Origin: a virus
Taxonomy: Duplodnaviria; Caudoviricetes
Strand: one strand, 5' to 3'
DNA length: 64,000 bases
Virus record (IMG/VR): IMGVR_UViG_3300020470_006081
Location: 1,355-65,354 of that record
The notes beneath the pieces are model-generated. The model was not told where the DNA came from, did no database searches, and was given only the letters and a program-made list of their open reading frames with translations. Each line of letters begins with the position of its first letter. Positions within the stretch are counted from its first letter, which is position 1. Of the stretch, positions 32,990-42,729 are shown in pieces. A program made the position numbers and the translations under genes.

Positions 32990-33645
32990 CCTAATACTCT
33001 CTTTAAAATCTCTTTATGTTCTAACACTGTATTTTCGTTTTCGTCAAATATTTGACCTACAAATTCATAATTTTCTCTAGCAATTGGAAATGGCTTTCTT
33101 TCAAAAAATTCATCATGAACACAAGAGTTATCTTTTACGATGGGATATATAATTTCCTTTAAAAAGTTTTGATCAACTTGCCAAAAATCACCTTTTTTAT
33201 AATTTTGTATTAGATTTTTCATATTGTTAAGAAAATTATTTTTTACTCCCCACATACCACCCAATATCTCAGTTGCATGATGCGGGTGGTCTCTCATAAT
33301 GTGAAAATCTTTCTCGCTTGCTAGCCATTGATCAACAGCTTTTTTTTCTCTATACGTTAAGCGGCTATCAGTATCACGAGATATCATTGCATATACATTT
33401 TGATCTGATGCTGCGTAAAAACGCCAAAACATCCCAGTCCAGTCGCCAGGCTCATTCATTATAATAATCTCTGTGTTATCAAACTTTACTATATTTTCTA
33501 TAATAGAAATAGGCACAGATTTACCAATATAAAACCTGCATATCCATTCAGGAAAAATTTCTTTTGCTAACTGTATATTTTTCAAAGCGCCCACAGTATA
33601 TTTCGGACTGTCTCCCCATAAACTAAAACATATAACTTTTTTCAT
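32986..33645 (-). CDS. putative GT-A glycosyltransferase-like protein
   Basis: FSLWG...GMFWRF...SRDTDSR...MRDHPHH...DQNFL; DxD motif and island context. Confidence 0.55.
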   Translation of the reverse strand: MKKVICFSLWGDSPKYTVGALKNIQLAKEIFPEWICRFYIGKSVPISIIENIVKFDNTEIIIMNEPGDWTGMFWRFYAASDQNVYAMISRDTDSRLTYREKKAVDQWLASEKDFHIMRDHPHHATEILGGMWGVKNNFLNNMKNLIQNYKKGDFWQVDQNFLKEIIYPIVKDNSCVHDEFFERKPFPIARENYEFVGQIFDENENTVLEHKEILKRVLG

Positions 33646-35270
33646 TGTGAAAAATAATCCTTAAAGTTGTCTGTCACGGACTTGCCAAATATATCAGTAT
33701 AATTCCAAAAAATTGATTTCTCTTCTAGATATTTTTTATTTTGAGTTTCGTGGTTTGTTGATAGCCCTTTAGGATTGTGGTAATACAATCCATAAATTCC
33801 GTCAACTTTTAAAAATTTTGATCCGTTTTGTACTGATCTTAGCCACATATCCCAATCGCCGGCTGATTTTAATTTTTCATTAAATAATCCAATATTTTTA
33901 TGCATTGAGCGACGCCATAAAGGCATGCAGCCGGGAAGGCACTTTATCATGGCCTGTTTAGAAAAATTAGCTACGGGATACACATTGTACTGAGAGGAAT
34001 TTTCAGAAAACTTCTCATTTGGCTTGTGTGTTACGTAGCATTCAGAATATACTAAATCAACGTCTGGATTATTGCTTAGATGATGTAGCAGTATTTCTAT
34101 TTGTTGTTTTGACCTGCAATCGTCTAAATTAGCATTTGTTAAAAATTCGCCGGATGATTTTTCAATAGCAATATTCCAGCAACCATATATACCTGGATCG
34201 TAATCTAGCTTTTGATAAATAATATTTGAAAATGACTCCATGTATTTTTTAACAACAGAACATTCATTGCCAGGAGAATTAGCATTTATTATTATAAGTT
34301 CACAATCAGAAAAAATAGTTTGTGAAGTTATGTTTTTGAGAAATTCTTCAATATGATCATCTCCTTTGTAGAGGGAAGTTATGATAGATACCTTTGGGTT
34401 TTTTGCCTTCTTTAGTTGCCAATATACGTTTTCTTCGTTAAAAATATTCTCCACAGAATCAACTATATCTTCTTTTTTTTGACGCATAAAATCAATCAAT
34501 TCTTGACCTTTTAATTTAAACCAGGGTTCACTGCTGGCGCCAAGTCTAGAATTAGTGTGTACTTCTACATCCATCATACGTGCCTCGACTGCAACCCTAG
34601 ACAAAGTTTCAGGCGTTTTAGGTAAAAAAACAAATTTTTTGTTTTCTGATAGTTTTTTTAAAAACTGGTGATAATCATTAGATTTAATAAGATTATATTT
34701 TTGTTTTATTGAATTACAATATTCTATAGCGCCGAAAGTATTTTTGTGTTGTATCGGAGAATCCATAATAGAAAAACAATTCTTTTTGTCAACAAGGCGT
34801 AAACTCTCTAATAAGCTTAGTATTTCTTCCGACCAAATATTACCACCTACATTTTTAATATTATCAATGTTGATGTTTCTGGCAACTATACTAGAGTGAA
34901 GAGCACTCTGACAATAAACTGCTTTAGCGTTTTTATAGAAGCTTTCGTTAATTTTTGCTAAGTTTGGAGCCTTATAATCATTATAAAGAGCAGGATTTCT
35001 AGATTTGAGATATTTGTGGTCGTGTTCATATATAATATATGATAGGTTCTGAAGTTTCTTTATTACAACTGCAGAAAGCTGAACAAAATTACCAATAATA
35101 AAATTATAATTGGAGTGGGCCTCAATAAAATTGACATCGACATCAATTGATTTTTTTTCTATTATATTATGCCCGCGCTCTCTCAAGGATTCAATTAAAT
35201 ATTGATTATTTAATTCACCGCCACCATTGATCTCGTTAGAGAAAAAATCGGCTATGAAAACAAATCTCAT
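33642..35270 (-). CDS. bifunctional glycosyltransferase (GT-B N-terminal domain + GT2 C-terminal domain)
   Basis: N-terminal PETLSRVAVEARMM; C-terminal KVSIITSLY...GEFLTNANLDD...GDWDMWLR. Confidence 0.8.
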   Translation of the reverse strand: MRFVFIADFFSNEINGGGELNNQYLIESLRERGHNIIEKKSIDVDVNFIEAHSNYNFIIGNFVQLSAVVIKKLQNLSYIIYEHDHKYLKSRNPALYNDYKAPNLAKINESFYKNAKAVYCQSALHSSIVARNINIDNIKNVGGNIWSEEILSLLESLRLVDKKNCFSIMDSPIQHKNTFGAIEYCNSIKQKYNLIKSNDYHQFLKKLSENKKFVFLPKTPETLSRVAVEARMMDVEVHTNSRLGASSEPWFKLKGQELIDFMRQKKEDIVDSVENIFNEENVYWQLKKAKNPKVSIITSLYKGDDHIEEFLKNITSQTIFSDCELIIINANSPGNECSVVKKYMESFSNIIYQKLDYDPGIYGCWNIAIEKSSGEFLTNANLDDCRSKQQIEILLHHLSNNPDVDLVYSECYVTHKPNEKFSENSSQYNVYPVANFSKQAMIKCLPGCMPLWRRSMHKNIGLFNEKLKSAGDWDMWLRSVQNGSKFLKVDGIYGLYYHNPKGLSTNHETQNKKYLEEKSIFWNYTDIFGKSVTDNFKDYFSQ

Positions 35271-36514
35271 CCATATACCTCTACCTTTTGCTCCTCAGTA
35301 GAATCAGTATTTAGACCTAAAAGATCAATAAATTGATTATAGATTTTTTGTTCTTCAAATTCATCGCAAATCCATTTTTGTAGTTCTTTAGAGCGCTTTT
35401 TAAAACGACCATGATCTTTATAAATTTCTCTCATTGCAGTTTTTGTAGAGCCCTCTTCTGGAAATGCCCATAAGGAATCTTCCGGTACAACACCCTCCCA
35501 GACGGCAGCTTTTTGCACTGGTTGCAGCGTATAGGTTATTCTACCAAACATATGCTTCTTTTTAATATTGCCGTTCTTTTGCTTAACAGGCTTATAAAGA
35601 AAATCCAAATGTCCACTCCAATCGGTTGCAGCAATTGGCAACCCATAATAAGCTGCTTCGTAAAGAGGTAAGCCAAATCCTTCACCGTGTGCAGTAGAAA
35701 CAATAGCTTTAATCTTTGGGTGTGTATACAGGCCTGCCATTTCATGATCAGAAAGATATCCGTGAAGAAGATATATCTTACACTTTCTTCCAGAATATCT
35801 AGCTAATAAATTTTTAAAATTATTAATTGTAGTAACTCTATCGATGAGCGAGTTTTTAGCAATATTGCCTTTTATTACAAGACCGACATCTGGATTATCT
35901 CCAAATTCTTCTACAAAACATCTTATAAGATGCTCTGCATTTTTTCTAGGTGATAGTTGTGCAACAGTAAGAAAATTAAATTTAGTCGTTAGATTTAAAT
36001 CTAATTTTACAGGGTCAAATTTTCTAACAGGATACGTAATGTATTCAACCGGAGTTTCTACTTTTAAAGAAAATTGTTCACCAGTCTGCTCGTTCACAGC
36101 TTCATATTCAGTATTCTCGAAAACTTGCTTAGAGTGTTGGCTAATTGTAATAATCTTATCCATCAGGAAAGACTTCTCAACCCACTGCGGGGCAATTCTA
36201 GTAGTCTCAATGCCGGCAGTAATCCCAATATTAACTGGTGCTAATTTTTCCCACTCGTTAGGAATGGTTACCTGTAATGAAACATCGAATTGGCCTCCGG
36301 AAGAAGTGTAATGAATTGTTTTTTGTAGTGCATTATCAATCCATTGTCTTTCTTCATTATCTTGCCATAGCCAACTAGTTTGCCCCCAGTTGAGTGGATG
36401 AATAAAAACATCAAATATATCTTCTTTTGTACGTAGCGCTCTCAAGACAGTTCTTGCATGATGGCCATAGCCAGTTTGTGTTAAAAGCGGCCCTTTAAGT
36501 AAAACTTTTATCAT
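35267..36514 (-). CDS. GT4-family glycosyltransferase
   Basis: RKN and GEGFGLPLYEA. Confidence 0.87.
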   Translation of the reverse strand: MIKVLLKGPLLTQTGYGHHARTVLRALRTKEDIFDVFIHPLNWGQTSWLWQDNEERQWIDNALQKTIHYTSSGGQFDVSLQVTIPNEWEKLAPVNIGITAGIETTRIAPQWVEKSFLMDKIITISQHSKQVFENTEYEAVNEQTGEQFSLKVETPVEYITYPVRKFDPVKLDLNLTTKFNFLTVAQLSPRKNAEHLIRCFVEEFGDNPDVGLVIKGNIAKNSLIDRVTTINNFKNLLARYSGRKCKIYLLHGYLSDHEMAGLYTHPKIKAIVSTAHGEGFGLPLYEAAYYGLPIAATDWSGHLDFLYKPVKQKNGNIKKKHMFGRITYTLQPVQKAAVWEGVVPEDSLWAFPEEGSTKTAMREIYKDHGRFKKRSKELQKWICDEFEEQKIYNQFIDLLGLNTDSTEEQKVEVYG

Positions 36515-36515
36515 T

Positions 36516-37769
36516 TTATAATTCCTCTAATTGCCAAGTCTTATATCCAGTTCTAGTTTCCCAAGAACCATATTTTTCATGTATTTCAGTCAATAAAGAT
36601 TGCCATTTTTCACTGTATTTATCAAATCCATAATTTTCCTGTACATGAGCAAGCCCTAGCTTAGCCATTTCATCGCGTTCAGCATGAGACATATTGTAAA
36701 GTTTTTCTAAAGCTGATATAAAATCTTCTTTACTAACTCTATCCTCATAAATATAAGGAATATCTTGTGACCCTATGACAGCTTTAGCTGTCGGCTCTAG
36801 ACCAACACCAAACCAATTTTCACCATCAGTTACTTGCTCTTGCAGACCACCTGTCATATTAACAATAACTGGCGTACCACAGAACAAAGATTCTAAGGTA
36901 GCTAGACCAAAACCTTCGGCATCAGAAATATTAACAGTTACATCAGAAGCGTTGTAAATTGCCGCTAATTCTGGAAAATCAACTTTTTGAGTTGAGAACT
37001 GTACCTCTCCATTTTCCAACCCAAGCTTATTAATTATAGAAATTAAATTTGGTCCGTTAGTATCATTAGGATCAGTATGCATAACTAATTTTGCATTTTC
37101 ATGACCCACTCTATCTAAAAATTCTTTAAACCAAAAAATCAAAGTGCCTGGGTGTTTTCTCCTTGCATTTCGATTATTCCAAAAAACAACAAATTTATCT
37201 TCAGAAACTCCCATTTTGTTACGTAGCTCTCTTTTTTGGTCTCTATCAATGGGCTTAAAATGGTTTGTGTTAACAGTATGTGGCAGGTAATGAGACTCAA
37301 CATCTGGCGCAACTTTTTGCACAATATCGTAAGTTAACTTAGAAATACATGCTACTACATCACATGAATCATACCAAATCTTATTAAAATCCGGATAAGG
37401 ATAATTATCCCACACATGGTAATATACCATTGGAATCAAGGATCTAATTTCATCCTCTATTTCCCATAGCCATGGGAAAAACCTTGGATCAGTCATAAAC
37501 CATAACATGTCTGGTCTTTCAGTGCGAATAATTGATCGTACAGCTTCTTGCGTGCCGTAGCCATCTACGGGATATATAACTAAATCATCTCCCCATTGAT
37601 CCAATTTTTGAGGGGAGTAATCTTTATGTTTTATTGCTCCACCAAAACATATAAAACTAAATTTTCCTGTTTTCAATAGAGGTTCGATCATATATCTTGT
37701 CTGCACACCAACTCCTGATGGAGAAAAAGGATGATCTGCAATAACAAAGATCTTTATTTTTTCTTTCAT
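36516..37769 (-). CDS. GT4-family glycosyltransferase
   Basis: NRNARRK and EGFGLATLESLFCGTPVI. Confidence 0.88.
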   Translation of the reverse strand: MKEKIKIFVIADHPFSPSGVGVQTRYMIEPLLKTGKFSFICFGGAIKHKDYSPQKLDQWGDDLVIYPVDGYGTQEAVRSIIRTERPDMLWFMTDPRFFPWLWEIEDEIRSLIPMVYYHVWDNYPYPDFNKIWYDSCDVVACISKLTYDIVQKVAPDVESHYLPHTVNTNHFKPIDRDQKRELRNKMGVSEDKFVVFWNNRNARRKHPGTLIFWFKEFLDRVGHENAKLVMHTDPNDTNGPNLISIINKLGLENGEVQFSTQKVDFPELAAIYNASDVTVNISDAEGFGLATLESLFCGTPVIVNMTGGLQEQVTDGENWFGVGLEPTAKAVIGSQDIPYIYEDRVSKEDFISALEKLYNMSHAERDEMAKLGLAHVQENYGFDKYSEKWQSLLTEIHEKYGSWETRTGYKTWQLEEL

Positions 37770-37771
37770 TT

Positions 37772-38551
37772 TTACCTACAATGTTTTGTTTTATAAAACT
37801 CACAACCAAAACCTGAAGTGCAGGATAGTCGATTTTTTATAAAGTTCTTATTTTCAATATTATAAACAGCTTTTGACAATAATTTAAGTGAATTTTGTAT
37901 TTTTTTAGATCCACTGGTCGTACGAAAAATTTCAACTTTATTACTTTTAGCTGTTCTTTTTAAAAGAGCAAAATAAGTTTCAATATTTTTTGGATCGATG
38001 CCATGCTTTATAGCAAAAAAGTTTTTATAAAGAGCAAGTTGATAGTTGGTAATTTTTTCATTTTTTCGTTTTGTATCCCAGCCCCAAGAACATGTTTTCC
38101 AATCAATAACATGATATTTTCCATCTGAGGTTTTTAACACCAAATCAACATAGCCTTTAAACTTTAAGTTAGTGTTTTCAAGATCTTCCATCAAGCTTTC
38201 TTCAACCGATACAACATCAAAAGAATCAAAATATTTTTTTACTGCAGGAAATATAAAATCAATTAAATTATTTCCCTGGCCTCTCATAGAATTTATAAGT
38301 TCTTTTTTTAATTCTACATTTGATTTCTTAAGAAGAGACAGTTCTTCTAAAAATTTTTCTTCAAATAGAGAGGAATAATTTTGTTTTTTCTTGTCTGTTA
38401 ATACTCTCTCACAAACGTAATGCATTGCAGTACCAAAAGCAGTATGTTCGTTTCCTACAAACTTTTTGATATTGTCAATATAAACTAGCTTATGTTTAAA
38501 AGCACACTCATTCCATATTTTCATCTCTGAAAACGATATGTGTTTTCTCAT
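37772..38551 (-). CDS. Cas4/RecB-like PD-(D/E)XK exonuclease with putative Fe-S cysteines
   Basis: SFSE...C, GTAMH, GYVDLV, IDWKT, QLALY, C-terminal C-x5-C-x7-C. Confidence 0.85.
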   Translation of the reverse strand: MRKHISFSEMKIWNECAFKHKLVYIDNIKKFVGNEHTAFGTAMHYVCERVLTDKKKQNYSSLFEEKFLEELSLLKKSNVELKKELINSMRGQGNNLIDFIFPAVKKYFDSFDVVSVEESLMEDLENTNLKFKGYVDLVLKTSDGKYHVIDWKTCSWGWDTKRKNEKITNYQLALYKNFFAIKHGIDPKNIETYFALLKRTAKSNKVEIFRTTSGSKKIQNSLKLLSKAVYNIENKNFIKNRLSCTSGFGCEFYKTKHCR

Positions 38552-38913
38552 TTTTTTACACTAGTTTTCTTAGTGCGAGGTGCAGCTGACTTTTTAGTAG
38601 TTTTTTTAACCTCTGCTTTAGACTGCGTAACCGGTGGGCTTTTCTGCAATAATTGGAAGGTCCAAGATCCTGTACAATTTGAATCATAAAAGCTGTCTAA
38701 TTTAACATGCATATTTGAAATTAAATTTCCCAGAGTATGTGTGTCTGGAACAGAATAATTTTCTTTTAACAACTTTATTACATCATCATATTTAAAGATT
38801 CTTCTCTCTTCACTAGCTTTTTTTCTAGAAGGAATATCAACATCTACTGTTACAGTGTTGTTTTCCAAATCTTCTTTAAATTTAAAATTCATATTTTTCT
38901 CCTGTTTATTCAA
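38548..38913 (-). CDS. hypothetical protein with basic tail
   Basis: ORF; the second Met has a GGAG SD. Confidence 0.55.
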   Translation of the reverse strand: MNKQEKNMNFKFKEDLENNTVTVDVDIPSRKKASEERRIFKYDDVIKLLKENYSVPDTHTLGNLISNMHVKLDSFYDSNCTGSWTFQLLQKSPPVTQSKAEVKKTTKKSAAPRTKKTSVKK

Positions 38914-39580
38914 ACGTGTCTAATAATATAGATAATTTATTAAAAATATACGGACAAACTTCTTTTAAGTAAAGTCTATCACCTAAAAAATACTCTTCAA
39001 AGCCCCGGGCAAAAAATTCTCTTAATGACGTTGCGGAATAAGACCCTAAAAAAATACCTCGTGATAAGTTATTTAATTTTTCATATCCAATGTGCCAGAA
39101 AAAAAGTTTATCTAACTCATCATCAAAATCAACAACGTCAAAATTATAATCTTCTACATTGTATTCTAAATATTTTAAAATATTTTTTAGTTTATTTCTT
39201 TTAAATAAGAAGCTTTCTTCAATCGAACCGTCACCATATAAATAATCACCATATCTATCTTCTACTGCATGGGCAAACTCATGAATAATATCATCTATTA
39301 GATCTTCTTCATCGTCTTGTTCATTAGTAACATATATGGCGCCATCAGAATATTTAGCGTTCATTTGTTTTTTATTTAAATCTTCAAAATTTCCTACATA
39401 TATCACGTCGACTAATTCTAATATCTCATCTGGTAACAAAGAATTAACTTTTTTAAAAACTAATTCGTCATTTATTTGATCTTGAAATCGATCTTTAAAG
39501 AAGATATTTAGTTGTCCGTGGCGTTGATTAGAAAGTAGTTTATTTTTATTTTTCACATAGTTTACAAGTTTTTCTTTCAT
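38906..39580 (-). CDS. putative zinc metallopeptidase (HExxH)
   Basis: IIHEFAHAVE plus downstream EFFARGFEEY. Confidence 0.6.
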   Translation of the reverse strand: MKEKLVNYVKNKNKLLSNQRHGQLNIFFKDRFQDQINDELVFKKVNSLLPDEILELVDVIYVGNFEDLNKKQMNAKYSDGAIYVTNEQDDEEDLIDDIIHEFAHAVEDRYGDYLYGDGSIEESFLFKRNKLKNILKYLEYNVEDYNFDVVDFDDELDKLFFWHIGYEKLNNLSRGIFLGSYSATSLREFFARGFEEYFLGDRLYLKEVCPYIFNKLSILLDTFE

Positions 39581-39836
39581 TTTTTTCTAAACTTACCCCT
39601 GTTTCAACATCTTGTAGCGCTTGCTGATAGCCTCTAACCCAATTTTCCTCTGCAACTGCAAGAAGAAACTCTGGAAATTCTTGTGCCATCGTGTCGACAA
39701 TCATCTCAACTGTGATATTTTTATCTTCCGGATTAAATTTTTCACCGGTATATTCTACCAAAAAATTTTTTAAATCATTTTCTGGCTCTACAAGCTCATG
39801 TAGAGTTGGATTTTCATTTTCATTAGTTATGTTCAT
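39546..39836 (-). CDS. hypothetical protein (96 aa)
   Basis: ORF abutting phoH. Confidence 0.6.
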   Translation of the reverse strand: MNITNENENPTLHELVEPENDLKNFLVEYTGEKFNPEDKNITVEMIVDTMAQEFPEFLLAVAEENWVRGYQQALQDVETGVSLEKNERKTCKLCEK

Positions 39837-41144
39837 TTATAATACCTTTGAAGCTAAAGTCGCGACTTTCGAACGTTCACCCTTTACAAGAGTCATGTGC
39901 GCAGATATGTCATAAGGTTTGAATTTTTCAACTGCATAAGATAGACCATTTGATGTTGAATCTAAATACACGCTATCAACCTGCTCAATATCTCCTGTAA
40001 GAATTATTTTAGTGTTCTCACCCACACGAGTAATTATAGTCTTTAATTCATGCATTGTTAAATTTTGTGCCTCATCAACGATAATAAATGCGTTTGATAT
40101 TGATCGCCCACGAATATATGTAAGAGCCTCTATTTGAATGGTTCCATTATCAAAAAATATTTCCATATTATCTTTTTTACCATTTAATAAGTGATCAATA
40201 TTATCTTGTATAGGCATTAACCATGGCCGCATCTTTTCTTCCATTGTTCCCGGCAAATATCCAATATCTTTGCCTAAAGGCTGCACCGGTCGTGAAACAA
40301 CTAATTTTTTATATCGACTTTCTTCTAATACTTGATCTAAACCAGCTGCAATTGCTAAAAGAGTCTTTCCACAGCCAGCTTTTCCAACTAAAGTTACAAT
40401 TGGTATTGAAGGATCTAATAAAATGTCTAAAGCAAACATTTGCTCTTTATTTCTAGGTTTCAAACCCCAAACACTATTTTTATATTCAGATATTTTATGT
40501 AATGGTAAATTATAATTTTTAAATCTAACTAAAGCAGTCTTTTTTTCGTTTGCGTTTGAAACTAACATTAAAAATTGATTTGGTGTAAATCTTCCTTCTT
40601 CTTTGTCAAAAACAACTTCTTGTCCCTCATATATGTGATCTATTAGCTGGTCATCTACTAGATGCTTTTTAAAACCAGAAAACAACTTATTGTGATCAGT
40701 CACAATTTTATTAGTTGTATAATCTTCAGTTAATATACCTAAAGAATCACACTTAACTCTCATATTAATATCACGTGTAACAACTATAACTTTTCGTTTA
40801 GGATTTTTCTTCTGTTCTGTAATAGCTGTAGTAATAATTTCATTGTCAGCGCTTTTTAAATCACATGCAGCGGGAAGATCTTCAATATCATAGCCCCTCA
40901 CAGATAAAATACCTTTTCCTCTTGCAATACGTATACCTTTATGAAGATTACCCTTACTTCTTAAATTATCCAGTATTCTTATGATAGATCGCGCATTTAG
41001 CCCTACTCCATCTTGTCTTTTTTTATGTTTGTCTATTTCATCTAACACTTTTAAAGGAATGACAATATCATTGTTTTTAAACTCAAATAACGACCTTGAA
41101 TTCGTTAAAAATACATTAGTATCCAATACATAAGTTTTTTTCAT
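39837..41144 (-). CDS. phoH: PIN-domain PhoH ATPase (PhoH2/YlaK type)
   Basis: YVLDTNV and VTRDINMR (PIN); GKAGCGKT, GYLPG, YIRGRS, DEAQN, GDIEQ. Confidence 0.93.
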   Translation of the reverse strand: MKKTYVLDTNVFLTNSRSLFEFKNNDIVIPLKVLDEIDKHKKRQDGVGLNARSIIRILDNLRSKGNLHKGIRIARGKGILSVRGYDIEDLPAACDLKSADNEIITTAITEQKKNPKRKVIVVTRDINMRVKCDSLGILTEDYTTNKIVTDHNKLFSGFKKHLVDDQLIDHIYEGQEVVFDKEEGRFTPNQFLMLVSNANEKKTALVRFKNYNLPLHKISEYKNSVWGLKPRNKEQMFALDILLDPSIPIVTLVGKAGCGKTLLAIAAGLDQVLEESRYKKLVVSRPVQPLGKDIGYLPGTMEEKMRPWLMPIQDNIDHLLNGKKDNMEIFFDNGTIQIEALTYIRGRSISNAFIIVDEAQNLTMHELKTIITRVGENTKIILTGDIEQVDSVYLDSTSNGLSYAVEKFKPYDISAHMTLVKGERSKVATLASKVL

Positions 41145-41164
41145 GCTTTACTCTTTTGCCGAAA

Positions 41165-41172
41165 ACTAGTTA
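41165..41172 (+). promoter_or_regulatory. putative late-promoter motif ACTAGTTA
   Basis: 7 nt upstream of the protease start. Related (A/T)CTANTTA words lie upstream of several - strand genes. Confidence 0.4.
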
Positions 41173-41179
41173 AGATATA

Positions 41180-41926
41180 GTGAAAAAATATTTTACATTT
41201 TTTATATTATTCTTTTTAGCATCGTTTATAAATAGTTGTGCAATTCAAACAAATGTAAATAAGTCGCTTCAAAACGTCAAAAAATCGATTTTAAAGATTG
41301 AAACATGGGCCAGACTAGGCGCATGTGATGAAGAATCAAAAGTCTGCTCAGATCATGAACTGATATCTATGGGCTCGGGTGCTGTTGTACTTTATAATAA
41401 TAAAAAAGCTGTTTTAACAGCAGCACATGTATGCAAACAAGAAAGTTTTGAAGCTTTTGTAAAAATGCATAATGGTCACTTTTTTTTAAAAGCTATTGAT
41501 CGAGATAACAAAGAATATGTTATAAAAGTAATAAAATATGATCATAGTCAAGATATATGTTTATTAGATAGCACATCTGGTGAGTTACCCCCTTATTTAA
41601 AAATAAGTGTAAAAAAACCAGAATATGCAGAACTAACATATAATCTAGCTGCACCGCTTGGAATTATCGACGAGGAAATGGTGCCGGTATATCAAGGATT
41701 CTTTTTTGGTGACTCAGAGGGTAGTGCGTTCTATAGCATTGCAGTAGCTCAAGGATCCTCAGGATCTCCTATAATTAACTCTAAAGGAGATTTAATTGGA
41801 ATGGTACATTCTGTACACTATAAGTTTCATCACATAAGTCTTTCTGCAACTTACCAGCAGCTGTGGAACTTTTTAAAGATTCCAGGAAACTATACATTAG
41901 AATTCCAGAACTCGTCCCAACGTTAA
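41180..41926 (+). CDS. trypsin-like serine protease, probable lipoprotein
   Basis: LTAAHVC, DICLL, GSSGSP; hydrophobic signal followed by INSC. Confidence 0.85.
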   Translation: MKKYFTFFILFFLASFINSCAIQTNVNKSLQNVKKSILKIETWARLGACDEESKVCSDHELISMGSGAVVLYNNKKAVLTAAHVCKQESFEAFVKMHNGHFFLKAIDRDNKEYVIKVIKYDHSQDICLLDSTSGELPPYLKISVKKPEYAELTYNLAAPLGIIDEEMVPVYQGFFFGDSEGSAFYSIAVAQGSSGSPIINSKGDLIGMVHSVHYKFHHISLSATYQQLWNFLKIPGNYTLEFQNSSQR

Positions 41927-42440
41927 GGCTACGTACCGATCCATACTGCGGAATTTCTACGCTATAATCGGCAATTTCTAACGTTTCTTTAGTTAATCCG
42001 ACTCCCTCTTCACCAAAGACCATAAGAGGTGGTTTTTCTAGAGATTGCCAATTAAATTCATTCAATTTGCGGGTGTTGGGTACATTGTTGTCGATTGCAA
42101 CAATAGTATACTTGTTTTTTAAGTCTACCAGCTCATATATACCACCGCTAAGAAATACCAAATCCACATAATGGTGTGAACCAACAGTGCCACGTCGGTC
42201 AAAGCGCTTTTTACCCAAATAAAAAACTTTTTCAGCATTGAATGCATTTGCGTTGCGAATGAGTGTGCTGATGTTGAAATCGCCCTGCCAATGTTCCATA
42301 CAGACTGCAAAGGGATTTGCGGTTCTCTGCAAATCCCTCTTAATGGATTCAGTAGACCAATTTTTGTATCTGTCAACAACATTTCGCTTCCATAGACTCC
42401 AACGTTCAGACATTGTCTGAGCCGATGGTAATTTCAACAT
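41781..42440 (-). CDS. SpoU/TrmH-family RNA 2'-O-methyltransferase
   Basis: NISTLIRNANAF, VFGEEGVGL, IPQYGSVRSLNV. Confidence 0.88.
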   Translation of the reverse strand: MLKLPSAQTMSERWSLWKRNVVDRYKNWSTESIKRDLQRTANPFAVCMEHWQGDFNISTLIRNANAFNAEKVFYLGKKRFDRRGTVGSHHYVDLVFLSGGIYELVDLKNKYTIVAIDNNVPNTRKLNEFNWQSLEKPPLMVFGEEGVGLTKETLEIADYSVEIPQYGSVRSLNVGTSSGILMYSFLESLKSSTAAGKLQKDLCDETYSVQNVPFQLNLL

Positions 42441-42729
42441 AATCTTCTAGATTTGAAAACAATTCATGTTGTTTATTTTCAATTGCAATAATAGCACTTT
42501 CAAGATTTTCATGCTGCCCACAACTTTCATTTGGGTATGAAATAGCATTGTAGAGAGTAACTAGACGATCGCTAACTGTCATTTTAAGAGTTTTATCTTT
42601 TTTATATTCTGACCAATCGATATCTTGACGTTCTTTAATTTCAGAAAAAACATGGCCTAAACAACGACCATCTTTCCATACATATCTTTTAGATGATAGA
42701 AAATTATCTTTTTTAAGCTTATAATTCAT
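42406..42729 (-). CDS. hypothetical protein
   Basis: 107-aa ORF overlapping both neighbours. Confidence 0.55.
   Translation of the reverse strand: MNYKLKKDNFLSSKRYVWKDGRCLGHVFSEIKERQDIDWSEYKKDKTLKMTVSDRLVTLYNAISYPNESCGQHENLESAIIAIENKQHELFSNLEDYVEITIGSDNV

Noticed and set aside
25712-37769. Eukaryotic giant-virus or bacterial chromosomal origin suggested by the GT island and annexins
   Set aside because: The gp25/gp6 baseplate genes, gp55-like sigma, SD sequences and coupled operons indicate a tailed phage; no integrase or host housekeeping synteny was seen.
37772-38551. CRISPR-Cas locus
   Set aside because: Solo Cas4-like nuclease, common in phages; I saw no repeat-spacer array or other cas genes.
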